DNA of 64,000 nucleotides. Source: the human T2T-CHM13v2.0 reference genome, Homo sapiens. The notes under the pieces are model-generated. The model was not told where the DNA came from. It searched no databases and saw only the letters and a list, made by a program, of their open reading frames with translations. Location of the stretch: the NCBI RefSeq assembly GCF_009914755.1, contig NC_060927.1. One strand, 5' to 3'. This document shows, piece by piece, positions 50,970 through 64,000 of the stretch. The number at the start of each line of letters is the position of its first letter. The first letter of the stretch is position 1. The translations under genes and the position numbers were made by a program.

Positions 50970-53288
50970 AATCCAGAAATGGTGTTCCATTTATTCACTG
51001 AAAAAGAGAGAGATTAGGCCTTCTTCATTCATTTTCTCCATTCTTGCCAAACTCCCTCCCCTCATTTTTTCCAAAATAACAACACACTGAGAAACATGTT
51101 TGTACAAAAACCACATATTATTCCCCCCCCTCACAAAATCAGGTGGCTGAATTACAGGAATAAAACCAGATCAAAGACATGAAAAGAAAAAGCCACCACT
51201 TATACTGAAATATAACAGTGTTAAGAATTCAGGTATTTTGTAGAATTATTACTATAGTAAAAATATTTCCACCTGGATCTTTTAAATTTGAAAGTGATCA
51301 CATTAAAGACCTGAGGTTACAAGGGACCACAGTATGAACCAGAATTCCATTTTCCTTCTCGGACTCCAGGGGAAAAAAGAAGTATTTGGAATGAGTTTCC
51401 TTTGGGAAAGACTGGCAGGAAGTAGGTAAAACCCTGGCCATTGTCAAAAGGCACTGGGGTCTTTCTGGAGCCAAATGCATTGGAACTAAGCTCCAGTAGG
51501 AATAAACTCATTCTCATTTCCACTCCCAAGAGTCCAGAACAAAAACAAAAGGACCAAGGTCTCCTCGGTTCCCGTATTCCAGTACTCTGATGGTGACCAG
51601 GGACACCTGGTTAGAGGCAAACCTGAGGGTTTGAAAGGCAAATCTCAATTGTGGTTTTATTTTTTTGCTTTCTGATATTAAGGAAAAAAGTTCTCAAGTG
51701 TTTTATAAACACCTCCCTATACCCTCTCATATGTAAAGCTTTAGAAAATATATAGAAAAAGATATCCAAAAGATGTCCACCTTGCATTCTAAATAATGAA
51801 ACTGCCACTTGAGAATGTGAAGTGAGAAAGCCAGGCGCTTTGGAAACCAAGCTCTACCAAAAACACCCTTTCCCCACACATGGAAGGACAGAAGGGAGGG
51901 AAGGACAAGAGGAAAAAACCGGGAACTCTCAAGTCACTTATCAGCAGGGGTAAATACGAGCTCAAATTAAGGCATTTTTGTGGCTTGTCCTCTGGAATGG
52001 CATTCTACCCTCCCAGCCTGAGCACCCCAAACCTCAAAGCATGATGCTCTGACTGCCAAGTGAGTTCCTTGTTACCCTCAGCATCTCTTTGAAAACCCTG
52101 TGATAGATGGAATGTGAGATCTCAGAAATGGAAGGGAGAAGGTATAAGGAGCTAATATCCTGCTTCACTTTTCCCGTCCCATCCTAACCTTAAAAGTACC
52201 GGTTGACGAAATTCCACTCCCTGGCTACTGTAACAAGAGGTAGTTTGGGGACTTGTACCCCCAGCCATCCTAACCAAGTTTCATGAGCTAAAATATTTAG
52301 CACTATCTACTTTTTTTTTTCTTTTAAAGGGTTTTTTAAAGAGGGAGAAAAAAATGCACACAAAGCAGTGAATAGTAGGCTAGACTCATTGGGGGGTAAT
52401 TACCCTAGACTCCTAACTTTCCAGGCTAGTTGAGGAAACTAAGGAATGCCTCCCAATATTCCAACCCTCAAAGCTCACACTGCCCCCAGAAAAACAAAAC
52501 ACTCACCCCCAATCCAATGAATCATCTGCATAGAAAACCAGAGCCAGCAGGCCTAGGGAAGGAGCGGATGTTTGTGCCCTCCTCTAGCACATACTAGTTC
52601 AGTGGTATGTTCTGCCAGGCAGTGTGGAGGCCCTCAGAGGCCTCACTAGGGAATAAAATCACTGAGGTTCTCCTTCCACATCTCGTTTAATTTTCACAAA
52701 TTTGTGTGTGGCAAAAGTCTCAAACTTTACCATCAGCACCATTCTTAGCTCAGAAAAGCAGAAATAAGGTCACTTATAATGCCTTAAGGTTTGTCCCCTG
52801 TGGCTATTCCCCCCCTTCTGCCCATCATTATTTTTTGGTTCCTATTAACTTAGGATGCTCTCCTTTAAAACAATAATAACAGAAAGATAAAAAGATAATG
52901 ATTATATAGCATTATCCATAGAAGCATAAGACAAAGCAAAAAACTGCAAGAGAGCAAAAATGGTAAAGACATAGCATGCTAAAGTTGACAGGACCTGCAG
53001 AGAAACTGTCAGCTTACTCCCACACCAGGACAGGGGAGATGCAGGTTATTTTAAGGATGACCAGGGCACACTGTCACTACAGGTTTCCCCTTGAGTGTTG
53101 GCTGAGGACCCAACACAAAAAGTGTCAGAGAGAGGGGTGGTAAGAGGAGTGGGGAGGCACGGGACACGTGCTTGGAGCTGTGAGAAGAAAAATCCTGAAA
53201 GAAACCCAAGAAAGTTGAGGAACACAAGTCTTGTCATCCCCACTCCAGCTCATGGTGGTGGGCGTGGAGGTTCCCTGCATCTTCCAGG
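50970..53288 (-). other. SMARCC1: SMARCC1 3' UTR (~2.3 kb, possibly extending to ~50425)
   Basis: Alu-free stretch after the stop codon with minus-strand AATAAA at 51661-51656, 50995-50990 and 50451-50446. Confidence 0.8.
50990..50995 (-). terminator. SMARCC1 polyadenylation signal AATAAA (likely the main one)
   Basis: tttatt on the + strand at the end of the U-rich UTR. Confidence 0.65.
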
Positions 53289-53386
53289 CTAAGGAGCAGC
53301 TGAGGCTGGCGGGCCAGGAGCAGGAGGCGGAGGGACCCCATCTGCAGGTGGTGGTGGCGGTGGCTGCTGCTGTGGTGGAGGGGGAT
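53289..53386 (-). CDS. SMARCC1: SMARCC1 last coding exon (YPPPPQQQPPPPPPADGVPPPPAPGPPASAAP*)
   Basis: Acceptor TTTGCAG|AT completes the T|AT Tyr codon from the previous exon; TAG stop at 53291-53289. Not in the ORF track because it has no internal start codon. Confidence 0.94.
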
Positions 53387-55740
53387 CTGCAAACATATCC
53401 AAGAGTAACTCGTTATTGCTGGAAATACAAGAGACTCAGGAAAGAGCCTATTCAGTGAAAAAAAGACACAGAAGTCCTTTCCTTAGTGGCAGGCAACCAA
53501 TGCACCCTGTGAGGCATTGATTCCACTGTGGTCTATGCAAGTCAATTCCTTCTGAACCTCTAGGGCACTGCTCAAGTTGCTTAGCCTAACCCTAGTGGCT
53601 GGGGAGTGGGAGGTGTCTGAATTTCCCCCACCCTCCTTCCAGGCCAACTCCTTCCAAGAATCGCTCCAGGCCCTTTCAGAAGTTAATTTTGATTGCATTG
53701 TATTTCAAGGGTTCTAATTTTATTTCTTCAGTTAAAAAATAAGCTCCTTCCTGGGACAGTTCTATGTCTTGTTTTTCTTCCCGCCCCCCCCCCGCCCCCA
53801 CAGTCCCTAGCCTAGCTGGGCACAAAATAGATTATCAATAAATTCTTGCTATATAAATGTCTCCACCAGGGCCAGAGAGCTTCACTTGAGGCAGTTGCTG
53901 ACAAACTGGATAGTCCAGGGAGGCCTCCACAGCTCCTGAACTGCAGTCCTTCGATTTTTGGCCCAAACTAGGTCATGTCCTGAAGGGAACAATTAGTATG
54001 AGTGTCTGGGACTCTTTCCTATTTCAACTTTACCTGCTTTAGTGTACAAAAGAACCCGAGAGATCATTTAATCCGGGTTTTAAAAACCCCTAGATCTTGT
54101 CAGAATTGAAAACATATGAAATAAAGTGCAGCATTGCTCACCAATCAATTCACCCAACTCTATGCCCAAGAGGTTTCTACCAAACCCTTAAGACTCTTGA
54201 AAGCATTCTGAAGCTCACTGATCTAATCCCTTGTGTCATCTTTCAGTGGAGGAAATGAAGGGCTGAAGTGGAGAAGCAACTCATCCAGTGTGGCCTACCT
54301 AGTATCCTAGAACCAATTCACATGGTTCAGAATTCCAGAGCACTGACTTATGGCAGGAACCAGGCAGCAGGTGGGAAGGTTCCACCTGAAACCCTCCACA
54401 TTCTCAAGGAGCTCTACTGAGGTCCCTTTGGGAAGGAATCCTGAAGTACAAAACATGGGTGACCAGCAGGACATGACAGTGGTAAATTGGTAAAGACCAG
54501 TGATACTACCTCTGCAATAGGGATGGAAAACTGGTCAACTCTCTTGATAGGCGAGCTCATTTATGTATGGTCCACAGGGTGGCTTGGCAAACATTTTCTT
54601 GCCAAGAAAAAGAGGTACCTACTGTACTACACAACCACTGACCACTAGCTTAAGGGAGATAATTTTAAAAAGTTGTTGTGATCTTATATACCTAGATAAA
54701 TTAGTGTCTTTCTTCTGTGCACCTACTTTGTCCCAGACTCTGGGGGCCAGAGAAGAGTCAGACATGTCTCTGTCCATGAAGCCTCCCAGAGTATTAGAGT
54801 GTACTTAAGGCACATCACAGTCTCATGTAACCTTTGGTAAGTTCTATATGCCTTCATTTGCTAAGTTCTATCCAAGTTTTCATTTCTTGTTTTCTCAACT
54901 AAAGCTCCTACAGAGCAAGAATTCTTATGCTTCCTATCTCTCTGAACTATAAATAGTAGCTAAACTTTTGGCCACACGTGAACTTCTACATGAACCTAAG
55001 ATTACAGATGTGGCTGGGGTACCTGACCTACTACTGGCTGCATTTCAGCATCATCCTCACTGGGAAGGCCTTCTGGAGTAAAAGGCAGGCCAGGGTCTCA
55101 GAAACAACCCTCAGGCCAAGGCTGAAGCCGAGCAAGAGCCTATGGGAGAAATGACCTGGTCTCTAAACACAGCCTCAGACAAGTATCACTTAGCAGCACT
55201 AGTGTTGTCCTCATTGAGCTTGCTGGAACTTCGTATTTCCTCTCAACACAGCCCCTGAATACTACTTTCTTAGCCTACACAGCCACTACTAATATAACAA
55301 AAATGGCTATAAGAAACATATTTGTAATTCCAGCTCTAAACTCACTTCTATTCTTTTCTTTACACGCATCACTTTTGAACCCTGTATCCACAAAAGGCTG
55401 CTGTAGGGAAAACCACCACCAGTAGCTCTACATGTCTGTTGAGAGTCATAACAAGACAGGCTTAAACAGGTGTGGGAGAGGAATATCTTTATGGCCCCAA
55501 TGCTGACAGTGCATGCCATAAAGGCACAACCCTGATTAGAAGCATTTTGTCACCTGTGCACCTGTCCATCAGGGGTGCTGAAGAACACAGACTGAAAACT
55601 GGTCTTTGAGAAGCCACTGTCACAGACTGCATCATCCATGGACCTGCCAAATCTCGGGGAGAGAACAAAGCCTCCTTCCCTTATCTACAGCCCTCCAGAA
55701 CGGACCCTGAGATAATGCATCCCCCCTCCATGTTACTTAC

Positions 55741-55917
55741 ACATGCCGTTAGGTGCTGTCAGGGGTACCCGGGGTCCTAAGATGTTTCCTGGCATTGGTG
55801 GCATGCCAGGAGGGGTAGGGCCACTCCCAGAGGGGTGGATGTTGGCTGCAACAGTGGGAATCATGCGGCCTGGCATGTGCTGCCCGGGCATCATGGAACC
55901 TGGGCCTGGTATCTGAC
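55741..55917 (-). CDS. SMARCC1: SMARCC1 (BAF155) penultimate coding exon (GQIPGPGSMMPGQHMPGRMIPTVAANIHPSGSGPTPPGMPPMPGNILGPRVPLTAPNGM)
   Basis: Acceptor CAG|GT at 55917, donor T|GTAAGT at 55741, 177 nt. Matches the Pro/Gly/Met-rich C-terminus of BAF155 as I recall it. Confidence 0.94.
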
Positions 55918-56546
55918 CTGTGGAGGGAGATTTAAAGTACTGTAAGTATACTAGAAAGGGGTGTAAGAAAGGGATCAACTTAAATCCAACTCCTAAATAC
56001 AAATATCCAACCTTCCAAAGGATCTGAAATATCAACAGAGCAATAATCTGTAATAATCTCTATGTTTAGCTTTTTGTATTCTGGGTTTTTTGGAAGAAGG
56101 GTGTTAATGGGGGTAGGTCTGTGGAATGACTGATTATTCTAAACACTGGCAAGAAGGTGGCTGTAAAAAGAAATGGCAAAGGTCCCCTAAAATAAAGCAC
56201 TCACTCTGGTTAGTTTGGGTGAGCAGTAGATTGTCAAATGTCTTCCTGAGGATATACAATGCCAAGCACAGCCCACAGGGAATGAAGTGGACTTTAAAAG
56301 GAAGTCAGTAAGTAAAAGTCAGTAAAAGGACCACAATTCAGTCCAGATTGTGCTCCATGGCTTACAGGGAAGGTTTGCCTGAAAGGGTATTATTACTGTG
56401 AAATCACCATTAAAAGGGGATTCTGATTTGAATCCCCAATTCCTGTCCACAAATATTTCTCCCATTAAAAGCCTCATGTATGGTTCATTTAAAAAAAAAA
56501 AAAAAAATCATTCCTAAGAGCCCACTATGAAGCACTGGCCTGATAG

Positions 56547-63999
<7,453 letters not shown>

Positions 64000-64000
64000 A

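Overview
This is primate genomic DNA, very likely human chr3p21.31 (locus recognised from the encoded proteins, not from a search). It is very Alu-rich and contains no prokaryotic systems. The window holds the complete minus-strand gene CSPG5 (neuroglycan C/CALEB): five coding exons between 27678 and 43771, giving 539 aa, or 566 aa via a second exon-4 donor, with a CpG-island promoter. About 7 kb upstream on the same strand are the last two coding exons and the long 3' UTR of SMARCC1 (BAF155). The first ~27 kb is intergenic: Alu, L1, L2, MIR, CR1, MaLR and MER repeats plus a full-length 7SL retrocopy. Almost all ORFs in the supplied track are Alu-, microsatellite- or GC-driven artefacts. I found no demonstrably new biological system. 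The best leads are (i) a candidate extra in-frame terminal exon in CSPG5 intron 4, (ii) phase-compatible SMARCC1-to-CSPG5 read-through splicing, (iii) a 10-codon uORF in the CSPG5 leader, (iv) a 40-bp templated insertion inside a MER3 element and (v) a ~200-bp local duplication in the SMARCC1 intron. All need transcript or comparative data to confirm. Repeat family names and boundaries are by-eye approximations.
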